The position numbers were made by a program, and so were the translations under genes. The notes under the pieces are model-generated. The model saw nothing but the letters and a program-made list of their open reading frames with translations, made no database searches and was not told the origin of the DNA. This document shows, in pieces, positions 41,901 to 56,900 of a DNA stretch of 64,000 nt; position 1 is the first letter of the stretch, and the number at the start of each line of letters is the position of its first letter. Origin of the DNA: Eledone cirrhosa (lineage: Eukaryota); the NCBI GenBank assembly GCA_964016885.1, contig OZ024743.1, forward strand, positions 361,770,001 through 361,834,000, read 5' to 3'.

Positions 41901-44900
41901 CAATTGTTATAACTAGTACAGCTCACAGTGGAAACAATTGTTATAAGTAGTACCGCACACAGTGGAAACAATTGTTATAACTAGTACAGCTCACAGTGGA
42001 AACAATTGTTATAACTAGTACAGCACACAGTGGAAACAATTGTTATAACTAGTACAGCACACAGTGGAAACAATTGTTTTAACTAGTACAGCACACAGTG
42101 GAAACAATTGTTATAACTAGTACAGCACACAGTGGAAACAATTGTTATAACTAGTACAGCTCACAGTGCAAACAATTGTTATAACTAGTACAGCACACAG
42201 TGGAAACAATTGTTATAACTAGTACAGCAAAACAGTGGAAACAATTGTTATAACTAGTACAGCACACAGGGGAAACAATTGTTATAACTAGTACAGCACA
42301 CAGTGGAAACAATTGTTACAACTAGTAAAGCACACAGTGGAAAGAATTGTTATAACTAGTACAGCACATAGTGGAAACAATTGTTATAACTAGTACAGAT
42401 CACAGTGGAAACAATTGTTATAACAAGTACAGCACACAGTGCAAACAATTGTTATAACTGGTACAGCTCACAGTGGAAACAATTGTTATAACTAGTACAG
42501 CACACAGTGGAAACAATTGTTATACCTAGTACAGCTGACAGTAGAAACAATTGTTATAACTAGTACAGCACACAGTGGAAACAATTGTTATAACTAGTAC
42601 AGCTGACAGTGGAAACAATTGTTATAACTAGTACAGCTCACAGTGGAAACAATTGTTATAAGTAGTACCGCACACAGTGGAAACAATTGTTATAACTAGT
42701 ACAGCTCACAGTGGAAACAATTGTTATAACTAGTACAGCACACAGTGGAAACAATTGTTATAACTAGTACAGCACACAGTGGAAACAATTGTTATAACTA
42801 GTACAGCACACAGTGGAAACAATTGTTATAACTAGTACAGCACACAGTGGAAACAATTGTTATAACTAGTACAGTTCACAGTGGAAACAATTGTTATAAC
42901 TAGTACAGCTGACAGTGGAAACAATTGTTATAACTAGTACAGCTCACGTTGGAAACAATTGTTATAATTAGTACAGCACACAGTGGAAACAATTGTTATA
43001 ACTAGTATAGCACACAGTGGAAACAATTGTTATAACTAGTACAGCTCACAGTGCAAACAATTGTTATAACTAGTACAGCACACAGTGGAAACAATTGTTA
43101 TAACTAGTACAGCAAAACAGTGGAAACAATTGTTATAACTAGTACAGCACACAGGGGAAACAATTGTTATAACTAGTACAGCACACAGTGGAAACAATTG
43201 TTACAACTAGTAAAGCACACAGTGGAAACAATTGTTATAACTAGTACAGCACATAGTGGAAACAATTGTTATAACTAGTACAGATCACAGTGGAAACAAT
43301 TGTTATAACTAGTACAGCACACAGTGCAAACAATTGTTATAACTGGTACAGCTCACAGTGGAAACAATTGTTATAACTAGTACAGCACACAGTGGAAACA
43401 ATTGTTATAACTAGTACAGCTGACAGTGGAAACAATTGTTATAACTAGTACAGCACACAGTGGAAACAATTGTTATAACTAGTACAGCTGACAGTGGAAA
43501 CAATTGTTATAACTAGTACAGCTCACAGTGGAAACAATTGTTATAAGTAGTACCGCACAGAGTGGAAACAATTGTTATAACTAGTACAGCTCACAGTGGA
43601 AACAATTGTTATAACTAGTACAGCACACAGTGGAAACAATTGTTATAACTAGTACAGCACACAGTGGAAACAATTGTTATAACTAGTACAGCACACAGTG
43701 GAAACAATTGTTATAACTAGTACAGCACACAGTGGAAACAATTGTTATAACTAGTACAGCTCACAGTGGAAACAATTGTTATAACTAGTACAGCTGACAG
43801 TGGAAACAATTGTTATAACTAGTACAGCTCACGTTGGAAACAATTGTTATAATTAGTACAGCACACAGTGGAAACAATTGTTATAACTAGTACAGCTCAC
43901 AGTGGAAACAATTGTTATAACTAGTACAGCACACAGTGGAAACAATTGTTATAACTAGTACAGCACACAGTGGAAACAATTGTTATAACTAGTACAGCTC
44001 ACGTTGGAAACAATTGTTATAATTAGTACAGCACACAATGGAAACAATTGTTATAACTAGTACAGCTGACAGTGGAAACAATTGTTATAACTAGTACAGC
44101 TGACAGTGGAAACAATTGTTATAACTAGTACAGCACACAATGGAAACAATTGTTATAACTAGTACAGCTGACAGTGGAAACATTTGTTATAACTAGTACA
44201 GCTCACAGTGCAAACAATTGTTATAACTAGTACAGCACACAGTGGAAACAATTGTTATAACTAGTACAGCAAAACAGTGGAAACAATTGTTATAACTAGT
44301 ACAGCACACAGGGGAAACAATTGTTATAACTAGTACAGGACACAGTGGAAACAATTGTTATAACTAGTACAGCACACAGTGGAAACAATTGTTATAACTA
44401 GTACAGCTGACAGAGGAAACAATTGTTATAACTAGTACAGATGACAGTGGAAACAATTGTTATAAATAGTACAGCTGACAGTGGAAACAATTGTTATAAC
44501 TGGTACAGCACACAGTGGAAACAATTGTTATAACTAGTACAGCTGACAGTGGAAACAATTGTTATAACTAGTACAGCTGACAGTGGAAACAATTGTTATA
44601 ACTATTACATCTGTCAGTGGAAACAATTGTTACAACTAGTACAGCTGACAGTGGAAACAATTGTTATAACTGGTACAGCTGACAGTGGAAACAATTGTTA
44701 TAACTAGTACAGCACACAGTAGAAACAATTGTTATAACTAGTACAGCTGACAGTGGAAACAATTGTTTTAACTAGTACAGCACACAGTGGAAACAATTGT
44801 TATAACTAGTACAGCACACAGTGGAAACAATTGTTATAACTAGTACAGCTCACAGTGCAAACAATTGTTATAACTAGTACAGCACACAGTGGAAACAATT

Positions 44901-47900
44901 GTTATAACTAGTACAGCAAAACAGTGGAAACAATTGTTATAACTAGTACAGCACACAGGGGAAACAATTGTTATAACTAGTACAGCACACAGTGGAAACA
45001 ATTGTTACAACTAGTAAAGCACACAGTGGAAAGAATTGTTATAACTAGTACAGCACATAGTGGAAACAATTGTTATAACTAGTACAGATCACAGTGGAAA
45101 CAATTGTTATAACAAGTACAGCACACAGTGCAAACAATTGTTATAACTGGTACAGCTCACAGTGGAAACAATTGTTATAACTAGTACAGCACACAGTGGA
45201 AACAATTGTTATAACTAGTACAGCACACAGTGGAAACAATTGTTATAACTAGTACAGCACACAGTGGAAACAATTGTTATAACTAGTACAGCTCACAGTG
45301 GAAACAATTGTTATAACTAGTACAGCTGACAGTGGAAACAATTGTTATAACTAGTACAGCTCACGTTGGAAACAATTGTTATAATTAGTACAGCACACAG
45401 TGGAAACAATTGTTATAACTAGTACAGCACACAGTGGAAACAATTGTTATAACTAGTACAGCTCACAGTGCAAACAATTGTTATAACTAGTACAGCACAC
45501 AGTGGAAACAATTGTTATAACTAGTACAGCAAAACAGTGGAAACAATTGTTATAACTAGTACAGCACACAGGGGAAACAATTGTTATAACTAGTACAGCA
45601 CACAGTGGAAACAATTGTTACAACTAGTAAAGCACACAGTGGAAACAATTGTTATAACTAGTACAGCACATAGTGGAAACAATTGTTATAACTAGTACAG
45701 ATCACAGTGGAAACAATTGTTATAACTAGTACAGCACACAGTGCAAACAATTGTTATAACTGGTACAGCTCACAGTGGAAACAATTGTTATAACTAGTAC
45801 AGCACACAGTGGAAACAATTGTTATAACTAGTACAGCTGACAGTGGAAACAATTGTTATAACTAGTACAGCACACAGTGGAAACAATTGTTATAACTAGT
45901 ACAGCTGACTGTGGAAACAATTGTTATAACTAGTACAGCTCACAGTGGAAACAATTGTTATAAGTAGTACCGCACAGAGTGGAAACAATTGTTATAACTA
46001 GTACAGCTCACAGTGGAAACAATTGTTATAACTAGTACAGCACACAGTGGAAACAATTGTTATAACTAGTACAGCACACAGTGGAAACAATTGTTATAAC
46101 TAGTACAGCACACAGTGGAAACAATTGTTATAACTAGTACAGCACACAGTGGAAACAATTGTTATAACTAGTACAGCTCACAGTGGAAACAATTGTTATA
46201 ACTAGTACAGCTGACAGTGGAAACAATTGTTATAACTAGTACAGCTCACGTTGGAAACAATTGTTATAATTAGTACAGCACACAGTGGAAACAATTGTTA
46301 TAACTAGTACAGCTCACAGTGGAAACAATTGTTATAACTAGTACAGCACACAGTGGAAACAATTGTTATAACTAGTACAGCACACAGTGGAAACAATTGT
46401 TATAACTAGTACAGCTCACGTTGGAAACAATTGTTATAATTAGTACAGCACACAATGGAAACAATTGTTATAACTAGTACAGCTGACAGTGGAAACAATT
46501 GTTATAACTAGTACAGCTGACAGTGGAAACAATTGTTATAACTAGTACAGCACACAATGGAAACAATTGTTATAACTAGTACAGCTGACAGTGGAAACAT
46601 TTGTTATAACTAGTACAGCTCACAGTGCAAACAATTGTTATAACTAGTACAGCACACAGTGGAAACAATTGTTATAACTAGTACAGCAAAACAGTGGAAA
46701 CAATTGTTATAACTAGTACAGCACACAGGGGAAACAATTGTTATAACTAGTACAGGACACAGTGGAAACAATTGTTATAACTAGTACAGCACACAGTGGA
46801 AACAATTGTTATAACTAGTACAGCTGACAGAGGAAACAATTGTTATAACTAGTACAGATGACAGTGGAAACAATTGTTATAAATAGTACAGCTGACAGTG
46901 GAAACAATTGTTATAACTGGTACAGCACACAGTGGAAACAATTGTTATAACTAGTACAGCTGACAGTGGAAACAATTGTTATAACTAGTACAGCACACAG
47001 TGGAAACAATTGTTATAACTAGTACAGCACACAGTGCAAACAATTGTTATAACTAGTACAGCTCACAGTGCAAATAATTGTTATAACTAGTACAGCTCAC
47101 AGTGGAAACAATTGTTATAACTAGTACAGCTGACAGTGGAAACAATTGTTATAACTAGTACAGCACACAGTGGAAACAATTGTTATAACTAGTACAGCAC
47201 ACAGTGCAAACAATTGTTATAACTAGTACAGCTCACAGTGCAAACAATTGTTATAACTAGTACAGATCACAGTGGAAACAATTGTTATAACTAGTACAGC
47301 TGACAGTGGAATCATTTGTTATAACTAGTACAGCTCACAGTGCAAACAATTGTTATAACTAGTACAGCACACAGTGGAAACAATTGTTATAACTAGTACA
47401 GCAAAACAGTGGAAACAATTGTTATAACTAGTACAGCACACAGGGGAAACAATTGTTATAACTAGTACAGGACACAGTGGAAACAATTGTTATAACTAGT
47501 ACAGCACACAGTGGAAACAATTGTTATAACTAGTACAGCTCACAGTGCAAACAATTGTTATAACTAGTACAGCACACAGTGGAAACAATTGTTATAACTA
47601 GTACAGCACACAGTGGAAACAATTGTTATAACTAGTACAGCACACAGGGGAAACAATTGTTATAACTAGTACAGCACACAGTGGAAACAATTGTTACAAC
47701 TAGTAAAGCACATAGTGGAAACAATTGTTATAACTAGTACAGCACATAGTGGAAACAATTGTTATAACTAGTACAGCTGACAGTGGAAACAATTGTTATA
47801 ACTAGTACAGCTGACAGTGGAAACAATTGTTATAACTAGTACAGCTGACAGTGGAAACAATTGTTATAACTAGTACAGCACACAGTGGAAACAATTGTTA

Positions 47901-50900
47901 TAACTAGTACAGCACACAGTGGAAACAATTGTTATAACTAGTACAGCACACAGTGGAAACAATTGTTATAACTAGTACAGCTGACAGTGGAAACAATTGT
48001 TATAACTAGTACAGCTGACAGTGGAAACAATTGTTATAACTAGTACAGCACACAATGGAAACAAATTGTTATAACTAGTACAGCTCACAGTGCAAACAAT
48101 TGTTATAACTAGTACAGCACACAGTGGAAACAATTGTTATAACTAGTACAGCTCACAGTGCAAACAATTGTTATAACTAGTACAGCACACAGTGGAAACA
48201 ATTGTTATAACTAGTACAGCCACACAGTGGAAACAATTGTTATAACTAGTACAGCACACAGTGGAAACAATTGTTATAACTAGTACAGCTCACAGTGCAA
48301 ACAATTGTTATAACTAGTACAGCACACAGTGGAAACAATTGTTATAACTAGTACAGCCACACAGTGGAAACAATTGTTATAACTAGTACAGCACACAGTG
48401 CAAACAATTGTTATAACTAGTACAGCTCACAGTGCAAACAATTCTTATAACTAGTACAGATCACAGTGGAAACAATTGTTATAACTAGTACAGCTGACAG
48501 TGGAAACATTTGTTATAACTAGTACAGCTGACAGTGGAAACAATTGTTATAACTGGTACAGCTGACAGTGGAAACAATTGTTATAACTAGTACAGCACAC
48601 AGTGGAAACAATTATTATAACTAGTACAGCTGACAGTGGAAACAATTGTTTTAACTAGTACAGCACACAGTGCAAACAATTGTTATAACTAGTACAGCAC
48701 ACAGTGGAAACAATTGTTATAACTAGTACAGTCTACAGTGCAAACAATTGTTATAACTAGTACAGCTGACAGTGGAAACAATTGTTTTAACTAGTACAGC
48801 ACACATTGGAAACAATTGTTATAGCTAGTACAGCACACAGTGCAAACAATTGTTATAACTAGTACAGCTCACAGTGGAAACAATTGTTATAACTAGTACA
48901 GCTCAGAGTGGAAACAATTGTTATAACTAGTACAGCACACAGTGCAAACAATTGTTATAACTAGTACAGCACACAGTGGAAACAATTGTTATAACTAGTA
49001 CAGCTCACAGTGGAAACAATTGTTATAACTAGTACAGCTGACAGTGGAAACAATTGTTATAACTAGTACAGCACACAGTGCAAACAATTTTTATAACTAG
49101 TACAGCACACAGTGCAAACAGTTGTTATAACTAGCACAGCACACAGTGGAAACAATTGTTATAACTAGTACAGCTCACAGTGGAAACAATTGTTGTAACT
49201 AGTACAGCACACAGTGCAAACAATTGTTATAACTAGTACAGCTCACAGTGGAAACAATTGTTATAACTAGTACAGTACACAGTGGAAATAATTGTTATAA
49301 CTAGTACAGCACACAGTAGAAACAATTCTTACAACTAGTAAAGCACACAGTGGAAACAATTGTTATAAATAGTACAGCACACAGTGGAAATAATTGTTAT
49401 AACTAGTACAGCACACAGTGCAAACAATTGTTATAACTGGTACAGCACACAGTGCAAACAATTGTTATAACTAGTACAGCTCACAGTGCAAATAATTGTT
49501 ATAACTAGTACAGCTCACAGTGGAAACAATTGTTATAACTAGTACAGCTGACAGTGGAAACAATTGTTATAACTAGTACAGCTGACAGTGGAAACAATTG
49601 TTATAACTATTACATCTGTCAGTGGAAACAATTGTTACAACTAGTACAGCACACAGTGGAAACAATTGTTATAACTAGTACAGCTGACAGTGGAAACAAT
49701 TGTTATAACTGGTACAGCTGACAGTGGAAACAATTGTTATAACTAGTACAGCACACAGTAGAAACAATTGTTATAACTAGTACAGCTGACAGTGGAAACA
49801 ATTGTTTTAACTAGTACAGCACACAGTGGAAACAATTGTTATAACTAGTACAGCACACAGTGGAAACAATTGTTATAACTAGTACAGCTCACAGTGCAAA
49901 CAATTGTTATAACTAGTACAGCACACAGTGGAAACAATTGTTATAACTAGTACAGCAAAACAGTGGAAACAATTGTTATAACTAGTACAGCACACAGGGG
50001 AAACAATTGTTATAACTAGTACAGCACACAGTGGAAACAATTGTTACAACTAGTAAAGCACACAGTGGAAAGAATTGTTATAACTAGTACAGCACATAGT
50101 GGAAACAATTGTTATAACTAGTACAGATCACAGTGGAAACAATTGTTATAACAAGTACAGCACACAGTGCAAACAATTGTTATAACTGGTACAGCTCACA
50201 GTGGAAACAATTGTTATAACTAGTACAGCACACAGTGGAAACAATTGTTATAACTAGTACAGCTGACAGTGGAAACAATTGTTATAACTAGTACAGCACA
50301 CAGTGGAAACAATTGTTATAACTAGTACAGCTGACAGTGGAAACAATTGTTATAACTAGTACAGCTCACAGTGGAAACAATTGTTATAAGTAGTACCGCA
50401 CACAGTGGAAACAATTGTTATAACTAGTACAGCTCACAGTGGAAACAATTGTTATAACTAGTACAGCACACAGTGGAAACAATTGTTATAACTAGTACAG
50501 CACACAGTGGAAACAATTGTTATAACTAGTACAGCACACAGTGGAAACAATTGTTATAACTAGTACAGCACACAGTGGAAACAATTGTTATAACTAGTAC
50601 AGTTCACAGTGGAAACAATTGTTATAACTAGTACAGCTGACAGTGGAAACAATTGTTATACCTAGTACAGCTCACGTTGGAAACAATTGTTATAATTAGT
50701 ACAGCACACAGTGGAAACAATTGTTATAACTAGTACAGCACACAGTGGAAACAATTGTTATAACTAGTACAGCTCACAGTGCAAACAATTGTTATAACTA
50801 GTACAGCACACAGTGGAAACAATTGTTATAACTAGTACAGCAAAACAGTGGTAACAATTGTTATAACTAGTACAGCACACAGGGGAAACAATTGTTATAA

Positions 50901-53900
50901 CTAGTACAGCACACAGTGGAAACAATTGTTACAACTAGTAAAGCACACAGTGGAAACAATTGTTATAACTAGTACAGCACATAGTGGAAACAATTGTTAT
51001 AACTAGTACAGATCACAGTGGAAACAATTGTTATAACTAGTACAGCACACAGTGCAAACAATTGTTATAACTGGTACAGCTCACAGTGGAAACAATTGTT
51101 ATAACTAGTACAGCACACAGTGGAAACAATTGTTATAACTAGTACAGCTGACAGTGGAAACAATTGTTATAACTAGTACAGCACACAGTGGAAACAATTG
51201 TTATAACTAGTACAGCTGACAGTGGAAACAATTGTTATAACTAGTACAGCTCACAGTGGAAACAATTGTTATAAGTAGTACCGCACAGAGTGGAAACAAT
51301 TGTTATAACTAGTACAGCTCACAGTGGAAACAATTGTTATAAATAGTACAGCACACAGTGGAAACAATTGTTATAACTAGTACAGCACACAGTGGAAACA
51401 ATTGTTATAACTAGTACAGCACACAGTGGAAACAATTGTTATAACTAGTACAGCACACAGTGGAAACAATTGTTATAACTAGTACAGCTCACAGTGGAAA
51501 CAATTGTTATAACTAGTACAGCTGACAGTGGAAACAATTGTTATAACTAGTACAGCTCACGTTGGAAACAATTGTTATAATTAGTACAGCACACAGTGGA
51601 AACAATTGTTATAACTAGTACAGCTCACAGTGGAAACAATTGTTATAACTAGTACAGCACACAGTGGAAACAATTGTTATAACTAGTACAGCACACAGTG
51701 GAAACAATTGTTATAACTAGTACAGCTCACGTTGGAAACAATTGTTATAATTAGTACAGCACACAATGGAAACAATTGTTATAACTAGTACAGCTGACAG
51801 TGGAAACAATTGTTATAACTAGTACAGCTGACAGTGGAAACAATTGTTATAACTAGTACAGCACACAATGGAAACAATTGTTATAACTAGTACAGCTGAC
51901 AGTGGAAACATTTGTTATAACTAGTACAGCTCACAGTGCAAACAATTGTTATAACTAGTACAGCACACAGTGGAAACAATTGTTATAACTAGTACAGCAA
52001 AACAGTGGAAACAATTGTTATAACTAGTACAGCACACAGGGGAAACAATTGTTATAACTAGTACAGGACACAGTGGAAACAATTGTTATAACTAGTACAG
52101 CACACAGTGGAAACAATTGTTATAACTAGTACAGCTGACAGAGGAAACAATTGTTATAACTAGTACAGATGACAGTGGAAACAATTGTTATAAATAGTAC
52201 AGCTGACAGTGGAAACAATTGTTATAACTGGTACAGCACACAGTGGAAACAATTGTTATAACTAGTACAGCTGACAGTGGAAACAATTGTTATAACTAGT
52301 ACAGCTGACAGTGGAAACAATTGTTATAACTATTACATCTGTCAGTGGAAACAATTGTTACAACTAGTACAGCTGACAGTGGAAACAATTGTTATAACTG
52401 GTACAGCTGACAGTGGAAACAATTGTTATAACTAGTACAGCACACAGTAGAAACAATTGTTATAACTAGTACAGCTGACAGTGGAAACAATTGTTTTAAC
52501 TAGTACAGCACACAGTGGAAACAATTGTTATAACTAGTACAGCACACAGTGGAAACAATTGTTATAACTAGTACAGCTCACAGTGCAAACAATTGTTATA
52601 ACTAGTACAGCACACAGTGGAAACAATTGTTATAACTAGTACAGCAAAACAGTGGAAACAATTGTTATAACTAGTACAGCACACAGGGGAAACAATTGTT
52701 ATAACTAGTACAGCACACAGTGGAAACAATTGTTACAACTAGTAAAGCACACAGTGGAAAGAATTGTTATAACTAGTACAGCACATAGTGGAAACAATTG
52801 TTATAACTAGTACAGATCACAGTGGAAACAATTGTTATAACAAGTACAGCACACAGTGCAAACAATTGTTATAACTGGTACAGCTCACAGTGGAAACAAT
52901 TGTTATAACTAGTACAGCACACAGTGGAAACAATTGTTATAACTAGTACAGCACACAGTGGAAACAATTGTTATAACTAGTACAGCACACAGTGGAAACA
53001 ATTGTTATAACTAGTACAGCTCACAGTGGAAACAATTGTTATAACTAGTACAGCTGACAGTGGAAACAATTGTTATAACTAGTACAGCTCACGTTGGAAA
53101 CAATTGTTATAATTAGTACAGCACACAGTGGAAACAATTGTTATAACTAGTACAGCACACAGTGGAAACAATTGTTATAACTAGTACAGCTCACAGTGCA
53201 AACAATTGTTATAACTAGTACAGCACACAGTGGAAACAATTGTTATAACTAGTACAGCAAAACAGTGGAAACAATTGTTATAACTAGTACAGCACACAGG
53301 GGAAACAATTGTTATAACTAGTACAGCACACAGTGGAAACAATTGTTACAACTAGTAAAGCACACAGTGGAAACAATTGTTATAACTAGTACAGCACATA
53401 GTGGAAACAATTGTTATAACTAGTACAGATCACAGTGGAAACAATTGTTATAACTAGTACAGCACACAGTGCAAACAATTGTTATAACTGGTACAGCTCA
53501 CAGTGGAAACAATTGTTATAACTAGTACAGCACACAGTGGAAACAATTGTTATAACTAGTACAGCTGACAGTGGAAACAATTGTTATAACTAGTACAGCA
53601 CACAGTGGAAACAATTGTTATAACTAGTACAGCTGACAGTGGAAACAATTGTTATAACTAGTACAGCTCACAGTGGAAACAATTGTTATAAGTAGTACCG
53701 CACAGAGTGGAAACAATTGTTATAACTAGTACAGCTCACAGTGGAAACAATTGTTATAACTAGTACAGCACACAGTGGAAACAATTGTTATAACTAGTAC
53801 AGCACACAGTGGAAACAATTGTTATAACTAGTACAGCACACAGTGGAAACAATTGTTATAACTAGTACAGCACACAGTGGAAACAATTGTTATAACTAGT

Positions 53901-56900
53901 ACAGCTCACAGTGGAAACAATTGTTATAACTAGTACAGCTGACAGTGGAAACAATTGTTATAACTAGTACAGCTCACGTTGGAAACAATTGTTATAATTA
54001 GTACAGCACACAGTGGAAACAATTGTTATAACTAGTACAGCTCACAGTGGAAACAATTGTTATAACTAGTACAGCACACAGTGGAAACAATTGTTATAAC
54101 TAGTACAGCACACAGTGGAAACAATTGTTATAACTAGTACAGCTCACGTTGGAAACAATTGTTATAATTAGTACAGCACACAATGGAAACAATTGTTATA
54201 ACTAGTACAGCTGACAGTGGAAACAATTGTTATAACTAGTACAGCTGACAGTGGAAACAATTGTTATAACTAGTACAGCACACAATGGAAACAATTGTTA
54301 TAACTAGTACAGCTGACAGTGGAAACATTTGTTATAACTAGTACAGCTCACAGTGCAAACAATTGTTATAACTAGTACAGCACACAGTGGAAACAATTGT
54401 TATAACTAGTACAGCAAAACAGTGGAAACAATTGTTATAACTAGTACAGCACACAGGGGAAACAATTGTTATAACTAGTACAGGACACAGTGGAAACAAT
54501 TGTTATAACTAGTACAGCACACAGTGGAAACAATTGTTATAACTAGTACAGCTGACAGAGGAAACAATTGTTATAACTAGTACAGATGACAGTGGAAACA
54601 ATTGTTATAAATAGTACAGCTGACAGTGGAAACAATTGTTATAACTAGTACAGCTGACAGTGGAAACAATTGTTATAACTAGTACAGCTCACGTTGGAAA
54701 CAATTGTTATAATTAGTACAGCACACAGTGGAAACAATTGTTATAACTAGTACAGCTCACAGTGGAAACAATTGTTATAACTAGTACAGCACACAGTGGA
54801 AACAATTGTTATAACTAGTACAGCACACAGTGGAAACAATTGTTATAACTAGTACAGCTCACGTTGGAAACAATTGTTATAATTAGTACAGCACACAATG
54901 GAAACAATTGTTATAACTAGTACAGCTGACAGTGGAAACAATTGTTATAACTAGTACAGCTGACAGTGGAAACAATTGTTATAACTAGTACAGCACACAA
55001 TGGAAACAATTGTTATAACTAGTACAGCTGACAGTGGAAACATTTGTTATAACTAGTACAGCTCACAGTGCAAACAATTGTTATAACTAGTACAGCACAC
55101 AGTGGAAACAATTGTTATAACTAGTACAGCAAAACAGTGGAAACAATTGTTATAACTAGTACAGCACACAGGGGAAACAATTGTTATAACTAGTACAGGA
55201 CACAGTGGAAACAATTGTTATAACTAGTACAGCACACAGTGGAAACAATTGTTATAACTAGTACAGCTGACAGAGGAAACAATTGTTATAACTAGTACAG
55301 ATGACAGTGGAAACAATTGTTATAAATAGTACAGCTGACAGTGGAAACAATTGTTATAACTGGTACAGCACACAGTGGAAACAATTGTTATAACTAGTAC
55401 AGCTGACAGTGGAAACAATTGTTATAACTAGTACAGCACACAGTGGAAACAATTGTTATAACTAGTACAGCACACAGTGCAAACAATTGTTATAACTAGT
55501 ACAGCTCACAGTGCAAATAATTGTTATAACTAGTACAGCTCACAGTGGAAACAATTGTTATAACTAGTACAGCTGACAGTGGAAACAATTGTTATAACTA
55601 GTACAGCACACAGTGGAAACAATTGTTATAACTAGTACAGCACACAGTGCAAACAATTGTTATAACTAGTACAGCTCACAGTGCAAACAATTGTTATAAC
55701 TAGTACAGATCACAGTGGAAACAATTGTTATAACTAGTACAGCTGACAGTGGAAACATTTGTTATAACTAGTACAGCTCACAGTGCAAACAATTGTTATA
55801 ACTAGTACAGCACACAGTGGAAACAATTGTTATAACTAGTACAGCAAAACAGTGGAAACAATTGTTATAACTAGTACAGCACACAGGGGAAACAATTGTT
55901 ATAACTAGTACAGGACACAGTGGAAACAATTGTTATAACTAGTACAGCACACAGTGGAAACAATTGTTATAACTAGTACAGCTCACAGTGCAAACAATTG
56001 TTATAACTAGTACAGCACACAGTGGAAACAATTGTTATAACTAGTACAGCACACAGTGGAAACAATTGTTATAACTAGTACAGCACACAGGGGAAACAAT
56101 TGTTATAACTAGTACAGCACACAGTGGAAACAATTGTTACAACTAGTAAAGCACATAGTGGAAACAATTGTTATAACTAGTACAGCACATAGTGGAAACA
56201 ATTGTTATAACTAGTACAGCTGACAGTGGAAACAATTGTTATAACTAGTACAGCTGACAGTGGAAACAATTGTTATAACTAGTACAGCTGACAGTGGAAA
56301 CAATTGTTATAACTAGTACAGCACACAGTGGAAACAATTGTTATAACTAGTACAGCACACAGTGGAAACAATTGTTATAACTAGTACAGCACACAGTGGA
56401 AACAATTGTTATAACTAGTACAGCTGACAGTGGAAACAATTGTTATAACTAGTACAGCTGACAGTGGAAACAATTGTTATAACTAGTACAGCACACAATG
56501 GAAACAAATTGTTATAACTAGTACAGCTCACAGTGCAAACAATTGTTATAACTAGTACAGCACACAGTGGAAACAATTGTTATAACTAGTACAGCTCACA
56601 GTGCAAACAATTGTTATAACTAGTACAGCACACAGTGGAAACAATTGTTATAACTAGTACAGCCACACAGTGGAAACAATTGTTATAACTAGTACAGCAC
56701 ACAGTGCAAACAATTGTTATAACTAGTACAGCTCACAGTGCAAACAATTGTTATAACTAGTACAGATCACAGTGGAAACAATTGTTATAACTAGTACAGC
56801 TGACAGTGGAAACATTTGTTATAACTAGTACAGCTGACAGTGGAAACAATTGTTATAACTGGTACAGCTGACAGTGGAAACAATTGTTATAACTAGTACA

